Shown here in pieces: positions 35,701 to 49,179 of a stretch of 64,000 nt of DNA. Source of the stretch: Laetmonice hystrix (Eukaryota). The stretch's first letter is position 1, and each line of letters begins with the position of its first letter. The DNA is taken from contig OZ249436.1 of the NCBI GenBank assembly GCA_965235115.1, forward strand, positions 25,918,001-25,982,000. The letters are read 5' to 3'. Below the pieces are notes generated by a model. It was not told where the DNA came from and searched no databases. It saw nothing but the letters and a program-made list of their open reading frames with translations. Both the position numbers and the translations under genes were made by a program.

Positions 35701-37179
35701 CTTCACCCTCTTGATCAGCTTGGGCGGCATTACGCAAGTTTCTACCGCCTAAAGAAGGCTGTGGCATGTTTGCTTAGGGTTAAATCTTACTTACGGAGTA
35801 AGGTCCCAATCATAGGACCCATCACGGTTCCAGAGATGGAAAAGGCTGAAAATGTTCTGGTTCAATTCGTGCAGCAACAGGTTTATAATGAAGAAATTGA
35901 GCATTTAAGGAAGGCTGGTAGGGTTCCCAGATCTAGCCCATTGTGGAAGTTAGCGCCGACGCTTGAAAATGGTATCCTTGTGGTCGGCGGTCGCCTTCGG
36001 CATGCAGATTTGTCACATCGGGTTAGGCATCCCATAATCCTTCCCCATGATCACCAAGTGTCGCGAGGGATTGTCAGAGATTATCATTATGACGCCCACT
36101 TGGGTATAGAATGGACCCTTTGCAGACTTCGAAACAAGTTCTGGGTAATAAAGGCTTGGAGTCTAATAAAAAGGGTTAAGCGCCAATGTGTAACATGTAA
36201 GCGGCTATATGGGAATCCAATGTCGTAGAAGATGGCGGATCTCCCACCTGAAAGATGTGAACCAAATAGTTCACCATTCACATATGTGGGCGTAGACTTA
36301 TTTGGACCAATTTATGTGAAATTAGGGCGGGCCGAAGTAAAACGGTACGGGTGTCTCTATACCTGCTTTACTACACGTGCGATACATATCGAGAAACTTG
36401 ACTCATTAGAGACAGACACTTTCATTAACGGGTTCGTGCGTTTTGTTGCACGACGAGGGTACCCAATCAAAGTCTGGTCAGATAACGGGACTAACCTGGT
36501 GGGAGCGCGTTTTGAACTGGCCCGTGAGTTCAAGCAACTGAGTCGTGATAAGGTTGTTGCTTCTGCAAGAAGACGTAATGTTGACTGGGTATTTAACCCT
36601 CCCTATGCGTCACATCATGGTGGAGTCTGGGAAAGGCAAATCCGTACGGTTCGGAAAGTACTGGTGACGCTTTTGAGCTCAAGTCATAGAGTTAATGATG
36701 ACATTGTACATACAGTTTTCTGTGAAGTAGAGAACATTGTAAATAGTCGTCCCATTACAAAGATGAGTGACGATATAGACGATGATAGTGCTCTCACTCC
36801 TAATCATCTCTTATTGATTAGGAACAATGACTCCCTTCCCTGGGGACAAGATATTGGCCAGGTCTATCGGAAAAATTGAAAACTGGTCCAGCAGTTTGTA
36901 AGGGCTTTCTGGAAGCGGTGGGTTGGCCAATATTTAATCGAGTTGCAAAGGCGCCCTAAATGGCTGAAGACACAACATAATGTTCAGGAAGGGGATTTAG
37001 TCCTTGTGGTGGATGAAGCTATGCCACGTGGGTCATGGCCATTGGGTATAGTGAAAGAAGTTAAGTATGGTCGAGATGGTTTGGTCAGGAGTGCTAAGAT
37101 TCGCACAAAATCAAATGTCATGGTGAGGCCTATCACAAAGCTAGTTTTATTGGAAGGTAGTGATAGTGCAGCGTTATAA
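29767..37179 (+). pseudogene. BEL/Pao 2 gag-pol, multiply disrupted
   Basis: Gag IPKVEIDTFTGDP; Zn knuckles; protease LLDSGS; RT WYLPHH, ADIEGMY and FYVDD; RNase H FCDAS; integrase GVDLFGP, SDNGTN and WERQIR. Premature stops at 30157, 36226 and 36877. Frameshift at ~34676. Compensating frameshifts at ~35557-35600. Insertion at 30670-32920. Confidence 0.94.
30670..32920. mobile_element. Foldback non-autonomous DNA transposon with ~1-kb TIRs (Sola2-like termini)
   Basis: Ends GGGTCATTCCATATGAACTCAACC / GGTTGAGTTCATATGGAATGACCC. Arms ~30671-31675 and ~31837-32920 are inverted copies. Flanks are AT-rich (taat/aaat), TSD imperfect. Confidence 0.85.
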
Positions 37180-37350
37180 TTGTGTCATAAGGAATGTTGA
37201 TCAATGCAAATTCAGTCAGCATAGACTGACTTGGTTATTATAGTAGTGTAAATAGTCATGTCATTTAGTAAGGTCAGAAGGAACTGAGATCTCCAGTTGA
37301 TACAGATATGTTGAGGTTTATAAAAGAATATTAATATTTTGGGGGCGGAG

Positions 37351-38067
37351 TGTTGCCGCCATTTCATGGTGGCAAGGGGTCCCGCGAACCGGTGACCTGA
37401 GGAGGTTAATTTGCATAGTGCTAACAGGCGGGTCGGTCCGTGCAAGTGACCGCTGGTCAGTGCATTCCACCACCGGCATTCGAGACATACGCAGTAGTAT
37501 TTTCACGGCACCCCATGCGGGGTAATTGGTATGTACATGTCTACCATGTAGTTCAATCACGTTAGATTTCTGGAACATTGCTTCGTATCTTGTTTAAAAT
37601 AACTTTCAGTCTCTTGTTGTATTTAATATACGACACATATACGTTTATGTCCAAGTATGACGACGTAGTTGGTGACTTTTTTCAGTTATGGTTACGCCAT
37701 GGCCGGTAGGCCTATACAACGGTGGCAACGGTACGGCGGCCGAGTATGCCCACGATTCTGTAAGTGTTCATGACACCTAGGGTTCCTATTTAATTTGTGT
37801 ACGGACATGTATGTTAGAAGCTTACTAGGTTCTTTCGTTGTGAAACGGCGCATTTATACTGTTTGGTGAAGATATTGATATATGGCAAACTTTATTGGTG
37901 GTGATTATGACAACTTTATATAGTGTCTTCTGACAGATATCAGTATAAAAAGAGTGTAATATCGTCTTTTTTGTTTCATTTCTTTAGTTTCATCATGTAC
38001 CTGAGGACGCATGCGTAGACAGAGTGGGGAAAGTCTTTTGGTGTCGTTTTGTTGGCCGCGCGTAACA
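37351..38067 (+). repeat. 3' LTR of BEL/Pao 2 (717 bp)
   Basis: Direct repeat of the 5' LTR; lacks the segment containing AATAAA and has a shorter (TA)n. Confidence 0.95.
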
Positions 38068-38708
38068 CCTCTTTTAAATGACATCAAGATTCATGAAGTA
38101 GCATGACGTAGGTCATAAAGAGTTACATCAATATTTTCTAAGGTTTATGACTCCTAAACGGTTGGAGATAAAGCCATGGTTACTATTGAACTTCAATAGG
38201 AAGTCATACATGCTCTTTCAACTGACACCAACATTTATTAGGTAGCGTGACGTATGACGTCATAATGACGTCATTGGTATCTTCTATGGCCTATAACTCA
38301 TAAACGGTGCCATATAGGCCCATAGTTACTATTAAATACGAATAGGAAGTCATACATGCTCTTTCAATTGACACCAAGTTTGATGACGCAGCGTGACGTA
38401 TGACGTCATAATGACGTCATCAATATTTTCTAAGGCCTAGAACTCCTCAACGGTGGGAGATAAAGCCATGGTTACTATTGAACACGAATAGGAAGTCGTG
38501 TATGCTCTTTTGACTGACACCAAGTTTGATGACGTAGCGTGACGTATTACGTCATAATGAGGTCATCAATATTTTCTAAGGCCTAGAACTCTTCAACGGT
38601 GGGAGATAAAGCCATGGTTACTATTGAACACGAATGGGAAGTCGTGCATGCTCTTTCAACTGACACCAAGTTTGATGACGTAGCGTGACGTATAACGTCA
38701 TAATGAAG

Positions 38709-40430
38709 TAGCAACGAGAATGCAAAATTTCATATCCACTTTACAGCACTTTTCATTGTCTGTATTGACAGGGCTAGTGACACAGAGCTCAAATCTTTTT
38801 GAATTATGTTGATATTCTGAATATTAACGAAAATATAACCATAGTGTGAATTTATTTTCAATGGGCTTGGAGATCATTTTCTGGATCTGAGACAATGATA
38901 AACGAATGGAGGCCTGTCCAGGCTGATGGACCCTGAAAAAACACATTTTTTGGTGTTTATCTTTAACATATCTGTAGTTTTTATTATATCATTCTGAATT
39001 TTTGCTTACAGAGGTTTTTTCATATCAGGATTTCAAAAATGTTAGTGAAAATGATCTAATTTGCATATTTAAATGAGCTAATTTGCATAAATTATGTGAA
39101 ATAACAGATGCCGACCAGGAATTCATTGTAATCTGGTCAGTTAAATGGGGAATTTGAACAGTATCTCCTTTAAATTAAAACTGTAGCACAGGTTTTTGCA
39201 GTGCTATCAAATGAAATTAACCTCATTTGAATAAATCATAATTAATTTGCATATATTAACACATATAATAATTTGCATTTCATAGGGCGTACAGTTTTTC
39301 ATTTCCCCTCAGTTCATCACTCTCCAACTCCTGTGCGGACATGACATGTCAATCATTTCTGATCAATTTCAAAATTTGGAAAAGTCATAGCTGTGCACAA
39401 CAGGCATGGGATTCCTAAATTACCAGAAGTCTGAAATTTGGAGGGTAGGAACTGTGCAAAGCCCCTCAGCCTCAGGCTCTGACTCTCTTCCACGGCTTGA
39501 GCTCCCCCCCCCCCCCCCCCCCTTAAGTAACTTAAGCCGCCCAACTCCAACGTCCAAGGTTAAAACATGACTCATGAGCAGGTCTGAGTGAGACAGCCAA
39601 CAATCAAGATCACTAGGGCCCCTATTATATTCCATCATGATACATTAAAATCCTGTTTTGAGCCCACACCCTCCGCAAATTTGCTGGATTCGCCCCTACC
39701 CCAGCTGCTGGCGCTGACTGAGTGCATCTGTGCATGCATGGCGCTGCCACTGCCGCTCTCAGTCGGCAGCGTGCCCGCACTGTCAGTCACTGTCACACGC
39801 GTCGCTAAGGACGCTGAGCGCGGCGGCCGGATTAAGTCTCTCTGCTGCAGTCAATACTTGATGTACAAATTATTGGAAAACATGTTCAGATAGAAAAGAT
39901 ATTGGGCTTTCTAAAGGTATGCGAACTTAGTATGTGTCTTGTTCCATCTCTGGGGGGCCATCAGTTGAAATCTTGACAACATCTGCAGACAACCTTCCCG
40001 TGGGCGGATGTACTTAGTTCGACGACCGGCGTGAAGCTCATACTGTCCTCTGATTGGCTATATTTAAATCATTAAGATCCTAGCTGCGGAACTACCCGGC
40101 AAACATGAAGAGGCACACAGTACTTTTGCTCTGAGGGGTCCATGTGTGGGTTCCGCGACTGCGGTCACCGCGCTTGAGTCTGAGAGAACCACTGCGTTTA
40201 ACTCGCTGTAACCTCATCTTAAACTAAATAAACTACCATAAAAGTACCATGAATAGATTGGAAATTCTGTGTGGATTCTATCCATGCTTATTATGTTACA
40301 ATTAGATTAGATTTGAGGTAAGGTACATGGGTTTATTTGGGGACATGACTGTTGTCTAAAGCCAGCATGCATTCCTGGTTGTAACGTCAAAATCGGTCCC
40401 CTGCTCACTGGTAGCAGATTCACGTTGCTA
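38709..40430. mobile_element. Non-autonomous TIR element with 7-bp TSD
   Basis: TIR TAGCAACGAGAAT / ATTCACGTTGCTA. AATGAAG is duplicated at 38702-38708 and 40431-40437 within a core-repeat unit. Confidence 0.8.
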
Positions 40431-40826
40431 AATGAAGTCATCAATATTTTCTAAGGCCTAGAACTCTTCAACGGTGGGAGATAAAGCCATGGTTATTATT
40501 GAACACGAATAGGAAGTCATATATGTTCTTTCAATTGACACCAACATTTATTAGATAGCGTGACGTATGACGTCATAATGACATCATCAATATTTCCTAA
40601 GGCCTAGAACTCCTCAACGGTGGGAGATAAAGCCATGGTTACTATTGAACACGAATAGGAAGTCGTGCATGCTCTTTCAATTGACACCAAGTTTGATGAC
40701 GTAGGGTGAGGTATGACGTGATAATGACGTCATCAATATTTTCAAAGGCCTATAACTCCTCAACGGTGGGAGATAAAGCCATAGTTACTGTTGAACATGA
40801 ATAGGAAGTCGTGCATGCTCTTTCAA

Positions 40827-41143
40827 TTGTTTGACTTCTGTCACCATACTGGCCTCAAACACCCGATTGCTGAAAGTACCAGAGTGGCAGTAGGCAGCAG
40901 TTCGTGTATTGATAACATTCTCACAAATTGTGGAATAGTTGCTGCCCAGGGTGTCTTTAATCACCTTATAAGTGACCACCTTCCTGTATTTGCAATAAGA
41001 AAGAAGCAGAAAGTTAAAAGAGATATTATCACGTTTCTTGGAAGATCGTATAAAAATTACTGCAAGCATGACCTATGGGACCATTTAATCCACTGTGACT
41101 GGTCAAACTTCGACTGTTCAAAAGACCCCGAATTACAATGGTC
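40827..41143 (+). pseudogene. Non-LTR retrotransposon (CR1/L2-group) ORF2 fragment, end of the APE endonuclease domain
   Basis: STRVAVGSSSCIDNILTN..GVFNHLISDHLPVFAIRK..RSYKNY..DWS matches the APE motifs (TR..ID.I; SDH) and the following linker. Confidence 0.85.
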
Positions 41144-44100
41144 AACTAGACCCGTTGCGGTGATAACCACAATGGATCCCATCCCCTGGGGGGTCCCGTC
41201 TACCATGTTCTGATTTGTTCATAGAGAGATCTAGGGCTATTCAAAATTATGGTGTCGAATACAAGAGCATATATATAGCTTCCTGTTAGTGTTAGTGTTT
41301 AATAGTAGGTATAGCTCTAACTTCAACCATTTACAAGTTATAGCCCTAAGAAAATATGGATGATATCATTATGACCTGATAGGTCACGTGTCGTGAAAAA
41401 TAATGGTGCCAAATGAAAGAGCGTATATGACTTCCTATTAGTGTTTAATAGTAACTATGGCTCTAACTTCAACCATTTACAAGTTATAGCCCTGAGGAAA
41501 TATGGATACCATTCTTATGACATCACAGGTCACGTGACCTAAAAACGGTGCCAGAAGAAAGAGCATATATGGCTTCCTATTTGTTTCTGATAGTAACTGT
41601 GGTTCTATGTTCAACCATTTACAAGTTGTATCCCTGATAAAACATGTATGACATCGTTATGACGTCAGAGGTCACGTGACCTAAAAAATAATGGTCCCAA
41701 ATGAAAGAGCATACATGACTTCCTATTAGTGTTTAATAGCAATTATGGCTCTAACTTCAACCATTAACAAGCTATATCCTTGAGAAAATAATTATTATGA
41801 ATGACATCCTTATCATGCCTAGGTCACGTGACCTGAAATATAATGGTGCCAAATAAAAGAGCATATATGACTTCCTATTCATCTTTAATAGTAAGTATGA
41901 CTCTAACTTCAACCATTTACAAGTGATGGCCCTGAGAAAACATGGTTGACATCATTATGACGTCATAGGTCACGTGACCTGAAAAATAATGGTGTCAAGT
42001 GAAAGAACATATATGACTTCCTATTAGTGTTTAATAGTAACTATGGCTCTATCTTCAACCATTTACAAGTTATAGCCCTGAGAAAATATTGATGACATCG
42101 TTATGACATCATAGGTCACGTGACCTGAAAAATAATGGTGCCAAATGAAAGAGCATATATGACTTCCTATTCGTGTTCAATAGTAACTATGGCCCTATCT
42201 GGCACTGTTTAGAAGTTGTAGCCATAGATAGCTAAACTGGCCACTTTTGAAAATTTCAAGGTCACGTGATGAAGCCAATATAGGTCAAATCGCTTATCCT
42301 TGGATGTTTCTATTAAAACACTTGTTAGAGAGTGTTCCTGCCCAATATTGTCAAATTTTACCAATAAATGAAGAAGAAGTAGCGATTTAACCAATTTGTG
42401 AGGTCGGGCCCAGTTCTCCCTAAGGTCAAAGGTCAAAGGTCAAATGAAGGGTCAATTTTAGGCTAGACCCTTGCCTGATCACAACGCCATGATAGATCTT
42501 GAAAATTCCATTTAATATGAACTTTAAAAATGGCCCTCAATGTCCCAAACACGTTTGTTTGAGAAAAATAAGAAAATATGGATGATGTCATTAGGACCTG
42601 ATAGGTCACGTGACCTGAAAAATAATGGTGCCAAATGAAAGAGCATATATGACTTCCTATTCGTCTTCAATAGTAGACTAAGTATGACTCTAACCTCAAC
42701 CATTTACAAGTGATAGCCCTGCGAAAAGATAGATAACATCATTATGACGTCATAGGTCACGTGACCTAAAAAATAATGGTGTCAAGTGAAAGAGCATATG
42801 ACTTCCTATTAGTGTATAATAGTAACTATGGCTTATCTTCAACCATTTACAAGTTATCGCCCTGAGAAAATATGGATGACATCGTTATGAGGTCATAGGT
42901 CACGTGACCTGAAAAATAATGGTTTCAAGTGAAAGAACATATATGACTTCCTATTAGTGTTTAATAGTAACTATGGCTCTATCTTCAACCATTCACAAGT
43001 GATAGCCCTGAGAAAATATGGATGACATTCTTATGCCATCACAGGTCACGTGACCTAAAATAATAATGGTGCCACATGAAAGAGCATATATGACTTCCTA
43101 TTCATCTTCAATAGTAGACTAAGTATGACTCTAACTTCAACCATTTACAAGTGATGGCCCTGAGAAAACATGGTTGACATCATTATGACGTCATAGGTCA
43201 CGTGACCTGAAAAATACTGGTGTCAAGTGAAAGAGCATATATGACTTCCTATTAGTGTTTAATAGTAACTATGGCTCTATCTTCAACCATTTACAAGTTA
43301 TAGCCCTGAGAAAATATTGATGACATCGTTATGACGTCATAGGTCACGTGACCTAAAAAATAATGGTGCCAAATGAAAGAGTATATATGACTTCCTATTC
43401 GTGTTCAATAGTAACTATGGCCCTAACTGGCACTGTTTAGAAGTTATAGCCATAGATAGCTAAACTGGCCACTGTTGAAAACTTAAAGGTCACGTGATTC
43501 ATCGAATATAGGTCAAATCGCTTATCTTTGGATGATTCTATTAAAACACTTGTTAGAGAGTGTTCCTGTCCAATATTATCAAATTTTACCAAAAAATTAA
43601 GAAGAAGAAGCGATTTAACCGATTTGTGACCTAGGACCCAGTTCTCCCTTAGGTCAAAGGTCAAAGGTCAAATGAAGGGTCAGTTTTAGGCTAGACCCTT
43701 GCCTGATCATAACGCCGTGATAGATCTTGGAAATTCCAAATATGAACTTTGAAAATGGCCCTCAATATCCCAAACACGTTTGACGTCATGACGTCATGAC
43801 GTCACGTCACGTGACGTCATGACTGATTGTGTGACCTGACTTTGTCATGGTCAAGATCTCTGCCAAGTTTGATTGAGATATCTTGAAAAATGACTGAGAT
43901 AGAGGTACTGTTTACAACTACAACTACTACTACTACTACTACTACTACAACGCAAAAAACTAGACCCGTTGCGGTGATAACCACAATGGATCCCATCCCC
44001 TGGGGGGTCCTGTCTACCATGTTCTGATTTAGTAGAGAGAGCTAAGGCTATTCAAAATGATGGTGTCAAATGAAAGAACATATATATTGCTTCCTGTCAG

Positions 44101-47100
44101 TGTTAGTGTTTAATAGTAGGTACATAGCTCTAACTTCAACCATTTACAAGTTATAGCCCTAAGAAAATAAGAAAATATGGATGATGTCATTAGGACCTGA
44201 TAGGTCACGTGACCTGAAAAATAACGGTGCCAAATGAAAGAGCATATATGAATTCCCATTCGTGTTCAATAGTAACTATGACGCTAACTTCAACCGTTTA
44301 CAAGTGATAGCCCTGAGAAAATATGGATGGCATCATTATGACGTCATAGGTCACGTGACCTGAAAAATAATGGTGTCAAGTGAAAGAACATATATATGAC
44401 TTCCTATTAGTGTTTAATAGTAACTATGGCTCTATCTTCAACCATTCACAAGTTATAGCCCTGAGAAAATATGGATGACATTCTTATGCCATCACAGGTC
44501 ACGTGACCTAAAATAATAATGGTGCCACATGAAAGAGCATATATGACTTCCTATTCATCTTCAATAGTAGACTAAGTATGACTCTAACTTCAACCATTTA
44601 CAAGTGATGGCCCTGAGAAAACATGGTTGACATCATTATGACGTCATAGGTCACGTGACCTGAAAAATACTGGTGTCAAGTGAAAGAGCATATATGACTT
44701 CCTATTAGTGTTTAATAGTAACTATGGCTCTATCTTCAACCATTTACAAGTTATAGCCCTGAGAAAATATTGATGACATCGTTATGACGTCATAGGTCAC
44801 GTGACCTAAAAAATAATGGTGCCAAATGAAAGAGCATATATGACTTCCTATTCGTGTTCAATAGTAACTATGGCCCTAACTGGCACTGTTTAGAAGTTAT
44901 AGCCATAGATAGCTAAACTGGCCACTGTTGAAAACTTAAAGGTCACGTGATTCATCGAATATAGGTCAAATCGCTTATCTTTGGATGACTCTATTAAAAC
45001 CCTTGTTAGAGAGTGTTCCTGTCCAATATTATCAAATTTTACCAAAAAATTAAGAAGAAGAAGCGATTTAACCGATTTGTGACCTAGGACCCAGTTCTCC
45101 CTTAGGTCAAAGGTCAAAGGTCAAATGAAGGGTCAGTTTTAGGCTAGACCCTTGCCTGATCATAACGCCTTGATAGATCTTGGAAATTCCAAATATGAAC
45201 TTTGAAAATGGCCCTCAATATCCCAAACACGTTTGACGTCATGACATCATGACGTCACGTCACGTGACGTCATGACTGATTGTGTGACCTGACTTTGTCA
45301 TGGTCAAGATCTCTGCCAAGTTTGATTGAGATATCTTGAAAAATGACTGAGATACAGGTACTGTTTACAACTACAACTACTACTACTACTACTACTACAA
45401 CGCAAAAAACTAGACACGTTGTGGCGATACCACAATTGATCCCATCCCCGGGGAGTCACGTGATATATGACATGTTCTGAGTAGGGTAAACTATGGCTCG
45501 ATCTTGCACAGTTAATGACCTATAAGCTTTAGAAGATGCCAATGACGTAATTATGAGGTGACACGTCATACTGTGTAATGAATCTTGGTCTCAAATGAAA
45601 GAGCATGTAGGCTATATGACTTCCTATTACTGTTTAATAGTAACTATAGCTCTAACTTCTACCATTTACAAGTTAGGCCTATAGCCCTGAGAAAAATACC
45701 TATGACACCTTATGATGCCAGTCAAGTCACGTAAAAAAATGTCAAGTGAAAGATCATATATGACTTCCTATTAGGGTTAAATGGTAACCATTGCTCTATC
45801 TTGAATGGTTTAGGATTTAGAAACCTTCGAAGATGTCAATGGCATCATTATGACATAATAATATACATTACATCATAAATCTTGGTGTCAGTTTGAAAGA
45901 GCATACAATGTATATGACTTCCTATTCCTGTTCAATAGTAACCATGGCTCCATCTTGCACCGTTTACAAGTTATAGGCTGAAGAAATAATGATAACATCA
46001 TAACGTCATGCTCCTCCCGCAGGCATGCACAGATCCAGCACTGCACGAAAGGGGGGGCACCAGAGGTGCGAGGCGAACATGTGGGCGGGGACTTGAATCA
46101 GAGAACCTCGATATGGTATCGAGGTTCTTTGCTGGAATTTAGAAGGTCAAAAAACGCTATTTCTGGAGATAGATGTAAAGTTTCTCAAAGTATTTAAGGC
46201 GCGTGTCGGTAGACCCCATTCTCCGCCAGAACATAGATTCTTTTTCCCTTCAACACGGAACGAACAGGTGCAAAGCATTCCGGCTATTTTCAACTAGTTG
46301 AGTGATGAATCCACAAAATATAATGCCCTAAAATGGCCCTAAAAGGCGGAAAATCGTTTTATAAGAGCTTTTAATTTTTTAAGATTTCCCGAGACCCCTC
46401 TGCTGAAAATCCTGGACCCGTGGCTAGCCTAACAATAATTTTTTGTCAATTCTTCAAAAAGAAAGAGTGGGGGTATAGAGGGATGTGCCCACGCCGGGCG
46501 GCGCCGGGCGGCGCCGGGCGGCGCCACCCGGCACCGATTTTAGCCGCCTGGCACAAAACTAAAATGGTTTAAGTGCTGCCCGGCAGGAATTTTTATCAGG
46601 CCTATCATCTGAAAAAATATCTCCGCATCTGCACCCCTTGCCAACTGAAAACCTTGCGCCTTCGCTGCTAGCGCAAAACTACCGCCCGGCATTCATTTTT
46701 TTCTGGGCGCATCTGCCCATGGCAAGTTGACATGTGCACTGACAAGTGCTTTCCTATATATTTTAGTATTATACAAAAATGATAGCCTCATAACATAACA
46801 GTTCAATGTGTCTAATTACAGTGCTAATTTTCTCTTCACCCTTGTTAACATTTCTTTTTGGTAGTAGAGTCGTCGCTTGAGTTTTGAAGTTTTTATTCCT
46901 GAGGCACACGGTTGTCCCGCTTCGACCAATATGTCACTAGGCAGTCAGTGTCTATAATGTTCCTCATAGTCAAATCTATATATCTGTCCTTTCTCTGCTC
47001 CTTCTCCCCTAGTCTCTCTCTCTCTCTCTTGGTGCTCTCATATATCCCCTCGTTCACGTTTTTGCCCCAGTCCCAGTTTAAAGGATGGTCACTGGTCATT

Positions 47101-49179
47101 GGCCGGTGGCCCACGTCTAATTAACTGACCGCCCCCTGACCGGCTCCTTTGATTGAGAGCTGCCGCCCGATGGCTGGCATGTTATATGACTGAGAAGGTA
47201 CCTCTTCTATAAACAGTCCTTAAGTATTTCTCACAGAGCGTTCCCCTTCTCCCTTCCGCAGACCCGCTCAAGTGATTGCTGCATCTATTGTGTGCTGCTC
47301 GCCAGGACGACTGCATACCCGTCTACTGTGCACACCGTTCGTTCACTTCTATCTCTCGCCATTTAGCCAACACGTAGTCATACATCATGAAACTTTACCA
47401 ATAGGTGCGAATGTCATCCACACCAGACTGTTGGCTCAGGCTAAACCAAGTGCAGCTGACCAAAAGCTTGTCGTGTCACTTGAACTCCACAACCAACAAT
47501 CAGTAGTATTGTTTTATTCAGCTCTCCTACATAAGATTCAAAAACAAATGCATTAGGCAGTTACACCTACAGTTCAAAGGCACAGCTAAGTCAGTTCTGA
47601 ATACAGGTATATCGCCCATGATAACTTAAACTCCACGAAATTTGGTGGAAAGGAAAGATCCATGGCCCTGACCTTATCCCTAACCCCTAACCCCTAACCC
47701 CAGTTCCTACACCTCCCCAAAACATATCCCTACCCTACCCCTATCCCTGATATTAACCCTAACCCCTGCCCAAACATTTCGTGGAAAGTTATCATGGGGG
47801 ATAGAACCTGAATACACAATCATATTCCTCCCTCACTGGGAGGGAGGGGGGAGTAGGCCGGCCGGCCGGCCCTTATCACCAGCACTTACGTAACTCTCTC
47901 CCGGCCTGGCCAGGGACCGGCGGCCGCATCACAGTGGGAGATCTGTGTATTCAGAGATGCCAACTGTCAGACGGCAAAAATATTATTGTGAAGACTATAC
48001 CCATTAAAACTTACAATTCTGGCCATATTACCTTTCCAAAACAAGAACTAAACAGCCAGTGGTATACCTGAATCTATACACTTTGTAATTGTTGTATTTG
48101 TATATGGCTATCTTAAACAGGTTTAAGGTAGAGCCTGTCAACGTCAGATTACATTATTTCATCATAAATAAAAAATATATTGGTAAATTTATGAAAAGAA
48201 ATATGCAAAGTGATCAATCGTCAATAGCAGCACATATCTATTGACCAAATACACGATTCCTATATGACTAAAGCAGTTTTAGAAAAAAATGTCAAAAGTG
48301 ACAAACTTCAAAGTCACGTGGTTCGGTAAAAATAGGTCAAATCGCTAATCCTTGGAATCGTATTGTGAACCTTTCGTTAGAGAGTGTTTCTGCCGAATAT
48401 TGTCGAATTTTACCAAAAAATAGAAAAGGAGAAGCAATTTAACCGATTTGTGACCAATGACCCAGTTCACCCTAAGGTCAAAGGTCAAAGGTCAAATCAA
48501 GACTCAAATTGAGGCAGCACCTTTGGCCGATTATGAGGCCATGACGGGTTTTTAAAAAAATTCCCAATATGAGCTTAAAAATGGCTTCAATTTTCATAAT
48601 ACGTTTGACGTCATCACGTTATGACGTGACGTCACATGACGTCAGGATTCGATGCCTGACCATACTTCGTCATTGTCAAGATGTGTGCCAAATTTCATTT
48701 CGATATTTTGAAAATTGACTGAGATAGACGTACAAGTTTACTACTACTACTACTACTACTACAACTACGACGCCAAAAATAATACAGAAGAGGAAACCAC
48801 ACAATTTCTAAATCCCATCCCCTCCGTAGGGGATGGGATAATAATACAGAAGACGAAACCACACAATTTCTAAATCCCATCCCCTCCGTAGGGGATGGGA
48901 TAATAATAATAATAATAATAGGGAAGACGAAACCACACAATTTCTAAATCCCATCAACTGGATAGGGGATGGGATAACTAGACACGTTGTGGCGATACCA
49001 CAATTGATCCCATCCCTGGGGAGTCACGTGATATATGACTTCCTATTCCTGTTCAATAGTAACCATGGCTCAATCTTTCACCGTTTACGAGTTGGAGGCT
49101 TAGGAAAATAATGTTAATATCATTATAATCTCATACGTCATGATCCTGCTTTCATGCAGGCTCAGATCCAGTACCCCAA

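Larger units (their letters stand above)
29008..38067 (+). mobile_element. BEL/Pao LTR retrotransposon 2 (degenerate)
   Basis: LTRs TGTT..AACA; 5-bp TSD CCTCT at 29003-29007 and 38068-38072; PPT gggggcggag; BEL domain order. Confidence 0.96.
28023..40826 (+). repeat. Headless HINE-like body with ~146-bp tandem core repeats, interrupted by BEL/Pao 2 and a TIR element
   Basis: Starts with (GTA)n. gaataggaagtcat recurs at ~146-bp spacing in 28548-29000, 38070-38708 and 40431-40826. Confidence 0.8.

Noticed and set aside
42209..42436. Repeated 75-aa ORF MTFDLRENW.. (also 43437, 44890, 55380, 60613)
   Set aside because: Starts at a non-ATG codon inside repeat units and has no domain similarity that could be recognised.
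48781..48975. Short hairpin repeats at ~62-bp spacing resembling a CRISPR array or terminators
   Set aside because: The intervening sequences are identical rather than spacers; these are stacked 5' modules of a Helentron-like element.
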